A stretch of DNA of 38,364 nucleotides from Chiloscyllium plagiosum. Its lineage: Eukaryota. The stretch is from contig NC_057719.1 in assembly GCF_004010195.1 (NCBI RefSeq), forward strand, positions 91,760,954 through 91,799,317. Direction: 5' to 3'. Positions 22,623 to 35,116 of this stretch are shown piece by piece (positions within the stretch are counted from its first letter, which is position 1; every line of letters starts with the position of its first letter). The notes below the pieces were generated by a model that saw only the letters and a program-made list of their open reading frames with translations, had not been told where the DNA came from and did no database searches. The translations under genes were made by a program, and so were the position numbers.

Positions 22623-23295
22623 TTTCTGGGCAAATTCAGGGCATCTAGCTCAAATATACAGTGGTGCAGTCGGTTCTGGAGCCGTGTATACACGGTTCTG
22701 GCAGGCATGTCTCTATTGCTAGTTTAAATTTTGCACCTACATACTGCACAAGTGTACGTTGGGACTTCTCTGGGTCCTGATGCATAACAAAAGTGCTGTT
22801 TGTTCCTAATTCACTTGAAAGATTTGGGCCATTATGACTACCTTATCCTGGTCCCCTTCAGAAGGAGGAGCATGTTTGCTATGTTTCTACTTTCTAAACC
22901 AATTCTCAGTCATAAAATCTTAACAGATTTTAAGATCTCTGGCCTGTTCAGTATTCCCTGACAGGTGTTACTGCTCAATTCATGTATCATTTTGAGTAAT
23001 TATTTTTGTGAATTAAGTATATCCCGAGTATAATATGGAGTGCAGATTTGCCCTAAATCTGATCTAATCAAAATTCTATAAAGGTTAATGTAACTTTTCA
23101 ATTCTATCTTTCTAGAAAGTAAATCAAGTGCTTTGCTTGTTTTTTTTAATAACCTTATTAATCTGCATTGCTCTTTTTGATTTTGTGTATCTGTAACGAA
23201 AGATCTCTCTGCTCCTCTACCCAACTCAGGCACTTAATTTCCAAGAATTATGTGGTCTCCTTAATCCTACCAAAGCATATTAGTTCATCCTTTTC

Positions 23296-23487
23296 TAGAG
23301 GAAATGGTGGAGGCTAATACAATTGCAACATTTAAAAGGCATCTGGATGGGTATATGAATAGGAAGAGTTTGGAGGGATATGGGCCAGGTGCTGGCAGGT
23401 GGGACTAGATTGGGTTGGGATAACTGGTTGGCATGGACGGGTTGGACCAAAGGGTCTGTTTCCGTTCTGTACATCTCTCTGATTCTA
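23296..23487 (+). mobile_element. CR1/HER1-type LINE 3' end
   Basis: Same family as 6093-6425, in opposite orientation. Confidence 0.85.
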
Positions 23488-24392
23488 TTGACCTTCATTT
23501 ACCAATTACTTAACTATTCTTGTGTTTTGACACAGTCTTCCTCAGTATTACCTAAACCACCCCCAATTTGGGAAGCTCTGCATGTTTTGAATTTAAATTC
23601 CAAACCCAGTTCCAATTTGTTTCTGAAAATACTGAACCACGATGACTCCAACAGTATCCCTTATAGAACATCGCTTCCTATCCTTTGCTACTCTTGAGTA
23701 GCCATTTCAAGGGCCCTACCTCTGCTTTTCATTTTGTGACTGGCTTGCTACCCATTAGACCAGAAGACCACAAATATGGGAGCTGAATTAGGCCATGTGG
23801 CCCATCACACCTGCTCTGCCATTTGATCACGGCTGATCAGCTCGATTCTTCTCAGCCTTTTCCCCATAACCCTTGATCCCCTGACCAATCAAGAACATAT
23901 CTATCTCTGTTTTAAATAGACTCAATGACTTGGCCTCCACAACCTTTTGTGGCAATGAGTTCCACAGATTCACCACCCTCCTCATCTCAGGGTCGTCCCT
24001 TCACTCTGAGGCTGTGTCCTTGCTACTAGTGGAAACATCTTCTCCACGTCCACGCTCTAATCAGACTTCTCCATATTCTGTAAGTTTCGATGAGATACCC
24101 CCTCATCCTTCTAAACTCTATTTTGTACAGCCCCAAAAGTCCTCAAAAGCTGCTCGTATGATAAGCCCTCCATCAACAGGATCATTCTTGTAAACTTCTT
24201 CGAGACCCCCTCTGAGGCCAGCACATCCTTTCTTAGATATAGGGCCCAAAACTACTCTCAATATTCCAAATGCGGTCTAACTTGAGCCTTCTACAATCTC
24301 AGCAATACATCTCTGCTTTTGTATTCTAGCCCTTTTATAATGAATGCGAACATTACATTTGCCTTCCCAACCGCCAACTGAAACTGCATGTT

Positions 24393-24700
24393 AAGATTAG
24401 ATTCCCTACAGTGTGGAAACAGGCCCTTTGGCCCAACCAGTCCACACCGACCCTCCGAAGAGTAACCCACCCAGACCCATTTCCCTCTGACTGATGCACC
24501 TAACCTTATGGGCAATTTAGCATGGCCAATTCACCTGAACCTGCACATCTTTGGACTGTGGGAAGAAACCAGAGCACTCGGAGGAAACCCACGCAGACAC
24601 AGGGAGAACACTCAAACTCCACACAGACAGTCGCCCGAGGCTGGAATCTAACCTGGGATCCTGGTGCTGTGAGGCAGCAGTGCTAACCACTGAGCCACCG
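24393..24700 (-). mobile_element. HE1-type V-SINE
   Basis: Head CGGTGGCTCAGTGGTTAGCACTGCTGCCTCACAGC, V-domain and (AATCT) tail on minus. Confidence 0.92.
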
Positions 24701-25114
24701 TTAACTTGAAGAGAATCCTGAGCTAGTTCTCCAAGTACCTGTGTGCTTCAGATATTCGAAGCATTTCCTTTAGAAAATAGTCTGCAGTTCTATTCTTCCT
24801 ACCAAAATGCATAACCTCACACTTGCCCTCATTGTATTCCATCCGCTATTTTTTTGCCCACTCTCTCAGCCTGTCCAAGTCCTTCTGCAGCTTCCCCAGT
24901 TCCTCAACATGACCTGTCCCTCTACTTGTCTTTGTGTCACCTGCAAACTTAGCAACAATGCCTCAGTTCTATTGTCCAGATTGTTAATGTATCATGCGAA
25001 TTGTTGTGATCCCAACACTGACCCCTGTCAAATTTCAGTCCTCACCAGCTACCATCCTGAAAAATCCCTTTATCCCCACTTTCTGCCTTCTGTCAGTCAG
25101 GTAATCCTCTATTT

Positions 25115-25189
25115 ATGGGGGTCGAGAGTGTGGTGCTGGAAAGCACAGCAGGTCAGGCAGCATCCAAAGAGTAGGTGCCCTTCATCAGG
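25115..25189 (-). mobile_element. Short PLE-terminus insertion (family A)
   Basis: Terminus with internal deletion; TSD AATCCTCTATTT 25103-25114 / 25190-25201. Confidence 0.75.
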
Positions 25190-25974
25190 AATCCTCTATT
25201 TGTGCCAATACTTTGCACCTAATACTCTTATTGTATTTAGCAGCTCTTGTGCGGCATCTTGTCAAAGGCGTTCTGGAAATCCAGATAGATAATGTCCACT
25301 GGCTGTCTTTTGTCTAACTTGCTAGTAATCTCTGCAAAAATATCCAGCAGATTTGTCAGGCATGACCTTCCTTTGACAAAGCCATGCTGACTCAGCCCTA
25401 TTTTACCATGTGCTTCCAAGTATACTCCAATCTCATCCTTAATAATGGACTCTAAGATGTTACCAATGACTAAGGTGAGGTTAATCAGTCTACAATTGCC
25501 TGTCTTCTGTCTCACTCCCTTCTTAAACAGCGGTGTTATGTTAATCATTTTTCAGTTCTGCAACCCTCCCTGATTCCAGTGATTCCTGAAAGATCACCAC
25601 CACTGCCTCCACAATCTCCTCAGCTGTGTCCTTCAGAACTCTGGGGTGCAGTCCATCCAGTCTGGCTGATTTATCCATCTTCAGATCTTTCAACTTCCCC
25701 AGCTCGTTCTCCTTAGTGATGGCCATGACACTCACTGTTGCTCTAACTCTCTTGAAGTTCTTGAATGCTGCTGGTGTCTTTTAATGTGGAAACTGAAGCA
25801 AAGTACCTATTCAGTTCCTCCACCATTTCTTTGTTCCCATTACTACTTATCCAGCCACATTTTCCAGCGATCCACTATCCACTCTCACCTCTCTCTTATC
25901 TTTTAGATACCTTAACAAATACTCTTGCAATCTTGTGTTTTATTAATAATTAGCTTAGTCTCATATTTCATCCA

Positions 25975-26272
25975 TGGTTAGCACTGCTGCCTCACAGCGC
26001 CAGAGACCCGGGTTCAATTCCCGACTCAGGCGACTGACTGTGTGGAGTTTGCACATTCTCCCCGTGTCTGCGTGGGTTTCCTCTGGGTGCTCCGGTTTCC
26101 TCCCACAGTCCAAAAATGTGCAAGTCAGGTGAATTGGCCATGCTAAATTGCCCGTAGTGTTAGGTGCAGGGGTAAATATAGCGGAATGGGTATGGGTGGG
26201 TTGCGCTTCGGCGGGTCGGTGTGGACTTGTTGGGCCGAAGGGCCTGTTTCCACACTGTAAGTAATCTAATCT
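25975..26272 (+). mobile_element. HE1-type V-SINE (slightly 5'-truncated)
   Basis: B-box GGTTCAATTCC, V-domain, tail GGGCCGAAGGGCCTGTTTCCACACTGTAAGTAATCTAATC. Confidence 0.93.
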
Positions 26273-26719
26273 TCTCCCTCTTTACTGCTTTTTTAGTTTC
26301 CTCTGCTGGTTTTTAAAGATACCCTTATTCTCCCACTTCCCACAAATCTTCACCGCATTGTATGCTTTTTCTTTTGCTTTTATGCTGTCCTGCCTTTCCT
26401 TGTCAGCCATGGTTGCCTCTTCCTTGGGATGAATTTCTGCTGTGCCTCCTGAATTACCACCAGAAACTCCTGCCATTGCTGCTCCTTTGTCATTCCTGCT
26501 CGGCTCCCCCCTTCCAATCAACTCTGGCCAGCTTCTCCCTCATGTCTTCATAGTTACCTTTGCTGACTTTAATACCATTACTCAGCTTCTCTTAGTCAAA
26601 CTGCAGGGTGAATTCTATCATATTATGGTCGCTGGTCCCGAGGTGCTCCTCCACCTTAGATTTCCTAATCATGTCTGTCTCACCAGGCGGAGGTGGGTTT
26701 TGCCCAAAACGTTGATTTT

Positions 26720-27036
26720 GGGGCGGCACGGTGGCACAGTGGTTAGCACTGCTGCCCCACAGCGCCAGAGACCCGGGTTCAATTCCCGTCTCAGGCGACT
26801 GACTGTGTGGAGTTTGCACATTCTCCCCGTGTCTGCGTGGGTTTCCTCTGGGTGCTCCGGTTTCCTCCCACAGTCCAAAAATGTGCAAGTCAGGTGAATT
26901 GGCCATGCTAAATTGCCCGTAGTGTTAGGTGCAGGGGTAAATATAGCGGAATGGGTCTGGGTGGGTTGCGCTTCGGCGGGTCGGTGTGGACTTGTTGGGC
27001 CGAAGGGCCTGTTTCCACACTGTAAGTAATCTAATC
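26720..27036 (+). mobile_element. HE1-type V-SINE (full length) nested in a PLE terminus
   Basis: GGGCGGCACGGTGGCACAGTGGTTAGC head through tail; PLE family A sequence at 26695-26719 and 27037-27083. Confidence 0.93.
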
Positions 27037-27215
27037 CTGCTCCGCGGATGCTGCCTGACCTGCTGTGCTTTTCCAGCACCACACTAACCATGTCTTTCTC
27101 ATTACACATCACCAAGTCCAGAACTGCCTGTTCCCTAGTGGGCTCTTCTACCACAAGCTGCTCCAAAATACTATCTCACAGACATTCCACAAATTCCTTT
27201 TCTTGAGATCCAGTG

Positions 27216-27408
27216 CCAACTTGTTTTCCCCAGTCCACCTGAATTTTGAACTACCCCATGATTATTGTAAGCATGCCTTTCTTTCATGCCTTTTCTATCT
27301 CTTGACTTATTTTATTCCCAACTTGCTTTCCCCAGTCCACCTGAATTTTGAACTACCCCATGATTATTGTAAGCATGCTTTTTCTATCTCTTGACTTATT
27401 TTATTCCC
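27216..27408. repeat. ~100-bp tandem duplication inside the CR1 LINE
   Basis: CCAACTTG-TTTCCCCAGTCCACCTGAATTTTGAACTACCCCATGATTATTGTAAGCATGC...TTATTTTATTCC occurs twice. Confidence 0.9.
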
Positions 27409-29082
27409 CCACATCCTGACCACTGCTAAGGTGCCCATCTACAACTCCCATCAGGGTCTTTTTTTCCTTTGTAGTTCCTCAACTCGACCCACGTAGATTC
27501 TGTACCTTCTAACACTATATTACTACTTACTATTGATTTAACTTCATTTCTTACTAACACTTCTTACTCCTCCATGCCCATCTGCCTGTCCTTTCAGTTG
27601 GATATAATCCTTGAATATTCAGTTCCCAGTCTCGATCCTCTTGCAGCTATGTCTCTGTGATACTCACAACATCGCATCTGCCAATTCCAATCTGTGCTAC
27701 AAATTCATTTACCTTGTTTCTGATACTGATGCATTTATGTGTAACACCCTCAGTTCTGCATTGACCCTCCCATCCCCACCTTGTTATAGTTGTCCCCTTA
27801 TCTGTTGTGACAGAAGTTAAATTCCTGAGCTTTTCAATACTCTCTACTCTATTGACTGAGCCTTCCCCCCTCCCTCCCCCTTAACTTTTTCCATGAGTGA
27901 CAGAAGTTAAATTCCTGAGCTTTTCAATGTGGCTGAGCCCTCCCCCTTAACTTTTGCCATGATTTTCTGCACAACAGAACTCTCTCTCCTCCCCTTCCCC
28001 TATTTAGTTAAGAGCTCTTTGGACAACCTTGATTATGCAATATCCTCAGACTTTGGTCTCAGCATGATTCAGGTGGAGCACGTCCCGTTGGAACAGCTCC
28101 CTCCCTCCCCCAGTACTGGGGCTAATGTCCCCTGAATTTGAACCTGTTTCTCCCACACCAATCTTTGAGTCACATGTTTATCTGTAATCTTGGTGACTGT
28201 GTTCATGGCTCAGGTAGTAATCTGGAGATTATTACCTTTTTTTGTTCTGCTTTTTAATTTAGCCCCTGGCTGCTCAGCAAAAACTTTTTCTACTTTCTAC
28301 CTATTATCGTTGGTGCCTATGTGCACCAAAACAACGGTATCTTTCCCCTCCTTCTCCTCTGCAGCCTAGATGAGATATCCTGAACCTGGGCACTAGGCAG
28401 GAAACACAGCCTTTGAGACTTTCAATCGTGGTCATCTGTGGGTCAGTTTACACCGAATGAATGGCACTGGTTTAAGTAGGGAGCTCATCGTCCCTGTCTC
28501 CTGGACAATTAGGGATTGGCAAAAAATGCTTGCCCAGCTAACAACATCCACACCCTGTGAAGGAGTATAAAAAATGTTCAGATTCAGCCAAAAGCTTTGT
28601 AGATGTATAACTATAACACTCTATATGTTTTTTTTAAAGAATTCAGCGAAGTTGTTCCAATCAGTTCCACCAACAATTTTTTTTTTGTATTGTGGCTTTA
28701 TCTAAGTGTGCAACCCTTGAAATGTTTTGTGTGGCTATGCATGTTTTTTCACTAAAACGGGCCAATTGTGTGCAGTTTGTATGGAGGCTTTGGGGTTTCT
28801 TTGAAGCTGCGCAGCTCAGAGGAAACATCACTGGCTATGAGACTGAAAAATTACCTCGAGATGCTTTTCTATTATCTCTTTGTGTGCTGATTCTGTTAAC
28901 CATTGATATCAAGTTTACTGAAACTGGATTTGTTCGATCTCCAATAAATAGTTGAATCATTTCGGGCAAAATGTTTTAACTTCTGACTCAATTCAGATTA
29001 GAGGTGAAAACTAAAGAAGACAAGGCTACAGTGGGGGTTAAAAATAACTACTTGATTGAAACTGGTATTGGTGATTTTACAG

Positions 29083-29224
29083 GAAATATTCTGCCCATCG
29101 TCAGGATGGATCCTTTCATTATCTACATCAGACTCACTTTGGAAATTACTCCTTCATCTGTGTTGATGCCACCCTGAGTCCTGGTCCCAAAAGACCACTC
29201 AATTTCTTTGGTGTCTTGCAGCAG
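29083..29224 (+). CDS. TMEM62: TMEM62 exon 5
   Basis: ttttacag| (R)KYSAHRQDGSFHYLHQTHFGNYSFICVDATLSPGPKRPLNFFGVLQQ |gtagga; 142 nt, phase 2 to 0. Confidence 0.96.
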
Positions 29225-29790
29225 GTAGGAAGACGATTACTTGCATTATAGAGAGTTAGAGCTTTCTTTTAAATTTTTGTGGGTGGCTGGACGACAAACC
29301 TAATGAGCAAGTAGGGCAGAGCAATAGTGATTTGCCACTTCAAAAGGCAGTTCAGTGTCAGGCAGGTTGGTGTGGGACAAGTGTCACATAATGTCTGATC
29401 AGACACGGAAGAAAGTTTTTTTCACCCACAGGATATTGGTGAATCAGCTGGGGATTTTTTTTTTAATGACAGTCCCATTGCTGTGGCTTGGCTAATTAGT
29501 TTTGACTTTGACACTACCTGTTTGCTTCCAGATTCTCAAAGTGAATTTAAATTCGCAAATTGCCCGAGTTGAATTTGGATCCGTGTTCTATTAAGTGTAC
29601 AGGAACAAAACTAATATGTTACTGTACTTGAATTAGGCTCTTTGCCATCCAGTCAGGTCGTGTTATGTTCCTATTGTTGGCAATGCTTCCTGCCTGTCTT
29701 TTATTCTAGCCAATATTATCCCTCAAAACATCTAAAAGGACAGCTTTTCTGGTTGTTGATCTCATGACTGTTTGTCAAGCTGTGTGCTTA

Positions 29791-29967
29791 CTGCTGGAAA
29801 AGCGCAGCAGGTCAGGCAGCATCCAAGGAGCAGGAGAATCGACGTTTCGGGCATAAGCCCTTCTTCAGGATTCTCCTGCTCCTTGGATGCTGCCTGACCT
29901 GCTGCGTTTTTCCAGCAACACATTTTCAGCTCTGATCTCCAGCATCTGCAGTCCTCACTTTCTCCTA
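29791..29967. mobile_element. Fold-back PLE-terminus insertion (family A) with intact hammerhead core
   Basis: Minus-strand core 29841-29868; inverted arm from 29869; tail to 29967; TSD TGTGTGCTTACTGC 29781-29794 / 29968-29981. Confidence 0.9.
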
Positions 29968-30327
29968 TGTGTGCTTACTGCCTGCCACTTTTCCTTAAAT
30001 TACAGCAGTGACACTACTGCAGCAACAAATCAATATAAAGTCAACAGAGATGTCCAAAACAAATGCAAATTCTGTTTTCTTTTAGGTGCATAGCTGCTGA
30101 CAGTATAGATTATTCGAGTGGATAGAGTGTGCAAAGAGTGCAGCTATCCTAATTTAACACAGCAGCATTCATTGCAGGAATACAATCTGCTGTATCTAAA
30201 GTGGGGTCCAGTGAGGTGAGAAGAACACTGCTGGAAAATGAGACTGAAGGATGGCTATAAAATCAGGGAGTGTGTGGGAGGTAATGAGCTACAACAAACT
30301 ATATTAAATATGTCATTTACTTTGCAG

Positions 30328-30452
30328 AATAAAATGGGTGAATTGTCAAAGCTAGCATCTGAAACTGTCAACAGCAATCACACCATTTGGCTTGGCCATT
30401 ACACCACCTCCACTATCATTTCCGCCTCTCCTGGCATACAGCAACTCATGAG
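30328..30452 (+). CDS. TMEM62: TMEM62 exon 6
   Basis: tttactttgcag| NKMGELSKLASETVNSNHTIWLGHYTTSTIISASPGIQQLM |gtgagg; 125 nt. The next exon (GHLH motif) was not found in the window. Confidence 0.95.
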
Positions 30453-31169
30453 GTGAGGGATTTCTTTTTACTTTTTAAACAACATGGCTGATATGGAAAT
30501 ATAGAACAGCAGAGGGTCTTACTGTGATTGGGTACTGGTAGGTTGTGGTGATGACCGGAGTGGGTGGGTGATTATGGTGTATGCACGCAAATTGTTTTGT
30601 GACTGAGATCTTGATCCATAGCTGAGGCCAATATATTTGGTATTTATGTCCCCAAGTCTCCTGTTTGGTGATCATCAATTTAGCTCGTTCTTGATTGTGC
30701 ATGATATCATCCCCACGTGAGCTGCAGTACACTGGCATTGAGATTCTCGTGTGGGAAACCGACATCATCTGGGTCCCTCCATATTGATCCTGACAGTCAT
30801 CTTTAACAGTGCTGTGTGTTGGAATGTGCACTTGGTTTCTAAAAAAAATTCATCACACTTGATTTGAAATATATAATTGACGCAATGCTCACAGGTTTCT
30901 TTGGGGAGAAAGTTCTAGATTATTGTCAACTTTTGTGCGAAGCAGTGATACCTCTGAATGGTCTGCCTCCACTGATGTCAGGTTAGGCCAAATTCTTCCA
31001 CCAGAGATAATAATTACTTTCTGTCTACTCAATCAAAACCTTTAACTCCATAAAGACACCAATTTGAGTGCCCCTTCTTCTTCCACATTAAAACAAGTAA
31101 ACGCTCAATCTATACTCTGTCATATTTTTAGTGAATTTGGAAATTTTGGTATTTAAAACAAAAGTGTTC

Positions 31170-32172
31170 TGTGGATATTTTTCAGACTGGAGGAGGCTTT
31201 AGTGCAGTTCCTTGGAAGTAGTAATTTGGATCCTTGCGTTTCCTGATAACATTAATGATGTGGATCTCAATGTGCAGGGGACACTTTCAAAGTTGCAGAT
31301 GACACAAAACTTGTAAGAATTGTAAACTGTGAAGACTGCAAAAGTCCATTCATAAGTTCGTAGAGTAATCGGATAGGTTGTTCAATACAGAGAAGTGCAC
31401 ATTGGTTGGAACAATGTTAATAGACAATAAAAAATAGAGATACAATCGTGAAGAGGATGCAGGAGCAGAAGGTGGCATTAAATAAAGTGTACAGTGTTCT
31501 TGACTTTACTAATTAGGGCATAGAGTACAAAAGCAAGGAAGTGGTACTGAACCTGATGTGCTGGAGCCGGTGTCGAACTGGGATGGACAAATAAACCTGT
31601 TGGACTATAACGTGGTGTGTGATTGTTTAACTATATTAGACATGTTAGACCTCAACTGGAGAATTGTGTACAGTTGTAGGCACCAAAATGTGGGAAAGGA
31701 TATGAATACATTGGAGAGAGCTTAGAAGCAATTTACAAGAATTATTCTAGGCATGCGGAACTTCTGTAATGAAAACAGATTGAAGGGGTTGGAACTGTTC
31801 ACCTTTCGAGAAGAAGGCTAGGAGGAAATCTGAGAGGTGTTTTCAAAATCGTGAGTGAGCTGATAAAGTAGACAGGGAGAAGCAGTTCCTATCGTAAAAA
31901 GAACAAGAGGGCATAGCTTTAAAATGATATGTAAAAGAAACAAGGGTGAAATGAGGAAAAGTTTTCACTCGATTTGGAATGTGGATTACGCTGCCTTGGA
32001 AATGCAATGGAGACATGTTAAATTGAGACATTCAAGAGGATAGTGGATGATTATTTGCATAAAAGTAATGTGGGGAATGTGCAAGAGTTTGACACTGTTA
32101 TGATGCTCATTTGAAGAGCAAGTGCATGATGGGCCAAATAACCTCCTCCTATGCCATAATAATTGTGATATT
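31170..32172 (+). mobile_element. Decayed CR1-type LINE 3' portion containing a small PLE family B fragment (~31560-31632)
   Basis: ADDTKL motif, 3' tail near 32130-32170; AAACCTGTTGGACTATAAC family B sequence. Confidence 0.7.
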
Positions 32173-32387
32173 GTGAAAAAGCAGTTGGCATTAGAAACAC
32201 AATCAGCTGATTGACATGTTCAGAGAGAAAAATTGATCGACCACGAACGGCCCTTACTCAGCTGAGTGAGGTGACAGCCCTTTACTGTAAAGCCTGTATC
32301 AAGGAGCTTTAACAAAACTGGAATCAGTGTGAATGAGTTGGAAAACTGTTTGCTGATTGGAGGCATTCCTGACATACAGTAAGATGA

Positions 32388-32850
32388 AGGGGGACGCGAT
32401 GGCCGAGTCGTATTGTCACTTGACTATTAATCCAGAAACCCAGAATACTGATATGAGTTCAAATCCCGCCACAGCAGATGGTTGAATTTGAATTCACTTA
32501 AAAAAAAATCTGGAATTATGAGTCGACTGATGACTGATGATCATGAAACCATTGTCAATTGGTGGAAAAACCCAACTGGTTCAGTAGTGTCCTTTAGGAA
32601 AGGAAATCTGCCATCCATACACGGTCTGGCCCACATGTGATTCCAGAGCCACAACTGCCCCCTGAAATGGGCAAAAATGAGGACTGCAGATGCTGGAAAT
32701 CAGAGGGCAGGATTAGAGTAGTGCTGGAAAAGCACAGCAGGTCAGGCAGCATCCGTGGAGCAGGAAAATTGACGTTTCGGGCAAAAGCCCTTCATCAGCT
32801 GTGCTTTTCCAGCACCACTCCAATGCTGCCCTCTGAAATGGCTTAGCAAA
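32388..32850 (+). mobile_element. tRNA-derived SINE interrupted by a PLE terminus
   Basis: Homologous to 21450-21785; B-box GAGTTCAAATCCC. Confidence 0.7.
32671..32825 (-). mobile_element. PLE-terminus insertion (family A) with intact hammerhead core and short fold-back
   Basis: CTGATGA-A-GGGC-TTTT-GCCC-GAAACGTC 32771-32798 (minus); TSD CTGCCC-CTGAAATGG 32655-32670 / 32826-32841 (1 mismatch). Confidence 0.88.
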
Positions 32851-33009
32851 CCACTCTGAGATCAAGTATGTTTTCTCCTCATCCTTACTCATCTGCTGGC
32901 TGCAGAAGCATCTGCCCATGACTGTATAGGTAAAAGTAGCCACCCCGCTGTGGAGACGAAGTCCTGCCTTCGCATTGAGAATAACCTCCATTGTGTGCTG
33001 TGTGGCACT

Positions 33010-35116
33010 ATCACCAAGCTAAATGGGACAGACTTTGAACCAATCTAGCAACTCAAGACTGGGTATCCATGACGCTCTGTGGGCCATCAACAGCAGCAGA
33101 ATTGTACCTCCAGTACAATCTACAACCTCATGGCCTGGGATATCCCCCACTCAACCATTACCATCAAGCCAGGGGATCAATTCTGGTTCAATAGAGAGTG
33201 CAGGAGGGCATGACAGGAGCAGCATCATTTACACCTGAAAATGAGGTGTCAACCTGGTGAAGCTACCAAGCAGGACTGCTTGTGTGCCGAACAGCATAAA
33301 CAGCAAGTGATAGACAGAGCTAAGCAATCCCACAACCAACAGATCAGATCTAAGCTTTGCAGTCCTTCCACATCCAGTTGTGAATGGTGGTGGACAATTA
33401 AACAACTCACTGGAAGAGGAGGCTCCACAAATATCCCCATCCTTAACGATGGAGGAGCCCAGCACATCAGTGCAAAAGATAAGGCTGATGCATTCGCTGC
33501 AATCTTCAGTCAGAAGTGCCGAGTGGATGATCCGTCTCGGGCTCCTCCAGTGGTCCCCAGAATCACAGAATCTAGCCAATTTGATTCACTCCACATCATA
33601 TCATGAAACAGCGGGAGGCACTGGATACTGCAAAGGCAATGGGCCCTGATAACATTCCGGCAATAGTACTGAAGACGTGTGCTCCAGAACTTGCTGCTCC
33701 CATAGCCAAGCTGATCCAGTACAGTTACAACACTGGCATCTACCTGACAATGTGGAAAATTGCTTATGCCCTGTATACAAAAAGCAGGACAACTCCAACC
33801 TGGCCAATTATCGCCCAATCAGTCTCCTCGCCATCATCAGTAATGTGATGAAAGGGGTCATCAACAGAGCTATCAAGCAGCACCGGCTCAGCAATAACCT
33901 GCTCAGTGATGCCCAGTTTGGATTTCGCCAGGTTCAGTCAGTTCCTGATCTCATTATAGCCTTGGTTCAAACATGGACAAAAGAGCTGAATTCCAGAGGT
34001 GAGGTCAGAGTGACAGCCCTTGACATCAAGGCTGCATTTGACCGAGTATAGCATCAAGGAGCCCTGGCAAAACTGGAATCAGTGAGTATCAGGGGGAAAA
34101 CCCTCTGCTACTTAGAGTCATACCTGGCACAAAGGAAGCTGGTTGTGGAGGTCGGTCATCTCAGCTCCAGGACATCTCTGCAGGAGTCCCTCAAGGTAGT
34201 GTTCCAGGCCCAACAATCTTCACTGCTTCATCAATGACCCTCCCTCTGTCATAAGGTCAGAAGTAGGAATGTTCGCCTATGATTGCGCAGTGTTCAGCAC
34301 CATTCACAGCTCCTCAGATACTGAAGCAGTCCGTGCTCAAATGCAACAAGATCTGGACAATATCCAGGCTTGGGCCAACAAGTGGCAAATAACATTCAAG
34401 CCACACAAATGCCAGACAATGACCATCACCAATAAGAGACACTCTAACTACTGCCCCTTGACATTCAACAGTATTGAATCCCCCACTGTCAACATCCTTG
34501 GGGGTTACCATTGACCAGAGGCTCAACTGGACTCACCCCCACAGAAACACCATGGCAACAAGACCAGGTCAGAGTCTAGGGATACTGTGACAAGTATCCT
34601 GACACCCCAAAGTGTATCCACCAAGGTACAAGTCAGGAGTGTGATGGATGCAGCTCCAAAACACTCAAGAAGCTTGACACCATCTGGGACAAAGCAACCC
34701 ACTTGATTGGCATCATATCTACAAACATTTAATCCCTGCACCACCAGCGCTCAGCACCAGTGTGTACTATCTAGAAGATGCACTGCAGATATTCACCAAA
34801 GATCCTTTGACAGCACCCTCCACACCCACGACCACTTCCATCTAGAAGAACAAGGGCAACAGGTACTTGGAAATACCACCACCTGCAAGTTTCCCTCCAA
34901 GCCACCCTGACTTGGAAATATACCATCATTCCTATACAGTCGTTGGTCAAGATCCTGGAATTCCCTCCCTTCCGGCATTCCGGGTCAACCCACAGCAAGG
35001 GGACTGCAGTGATTAAAGAAGGCAGCTCACCTCCACCTTCTCAAGGGCAAATAGGGATGGGCTATCAAAGCTGGCCAGCCAGCGACCCCCAAGTCCCACA
35101 AATGAATTTTAAAAAT
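33010..35116 (+). mobile_element. CR1/L2-group LINE ORF2 remnant with 3' tail
   Basis: KAMGPDNIP...APELAAP, NYRPISLLAIIS, QFGFR, ALDIKAAFDRV, GVPQGS, FAYDC (FADD); tail ...GATGGGC...CCCACAAATGAATTTTAAAAA. Confidence 0.9.

Larger units (their letters stand above)
23757..28410 (-). mobile_element. Long decayed CR1-type LINE with nested SINE and PLE insertions
   Basis: RT motifs ITPLFKKG...SQHGFVKGRSCLTNLL...IYLDFQNAFDK; endonuclease motifs EPTREQAVLDLVMCN and HLGTSDHNMIEF; ORF1-like sequence toward 28400; 3' tail near 23760. Confidence 0.85.

Noticed and set aside
26720..26790. tRNA gene
   Set aside because: A/B boxes belong to a SINE head that continues into the V-domain; the same applies to the other SINE heads.
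27807..27928. 32-bp direct repeat GTGACAGAAGTTAAATTCCTGAGCTTTTCAAT
   Set aside because: Local duplication within a decayed LINE with no sign of function.
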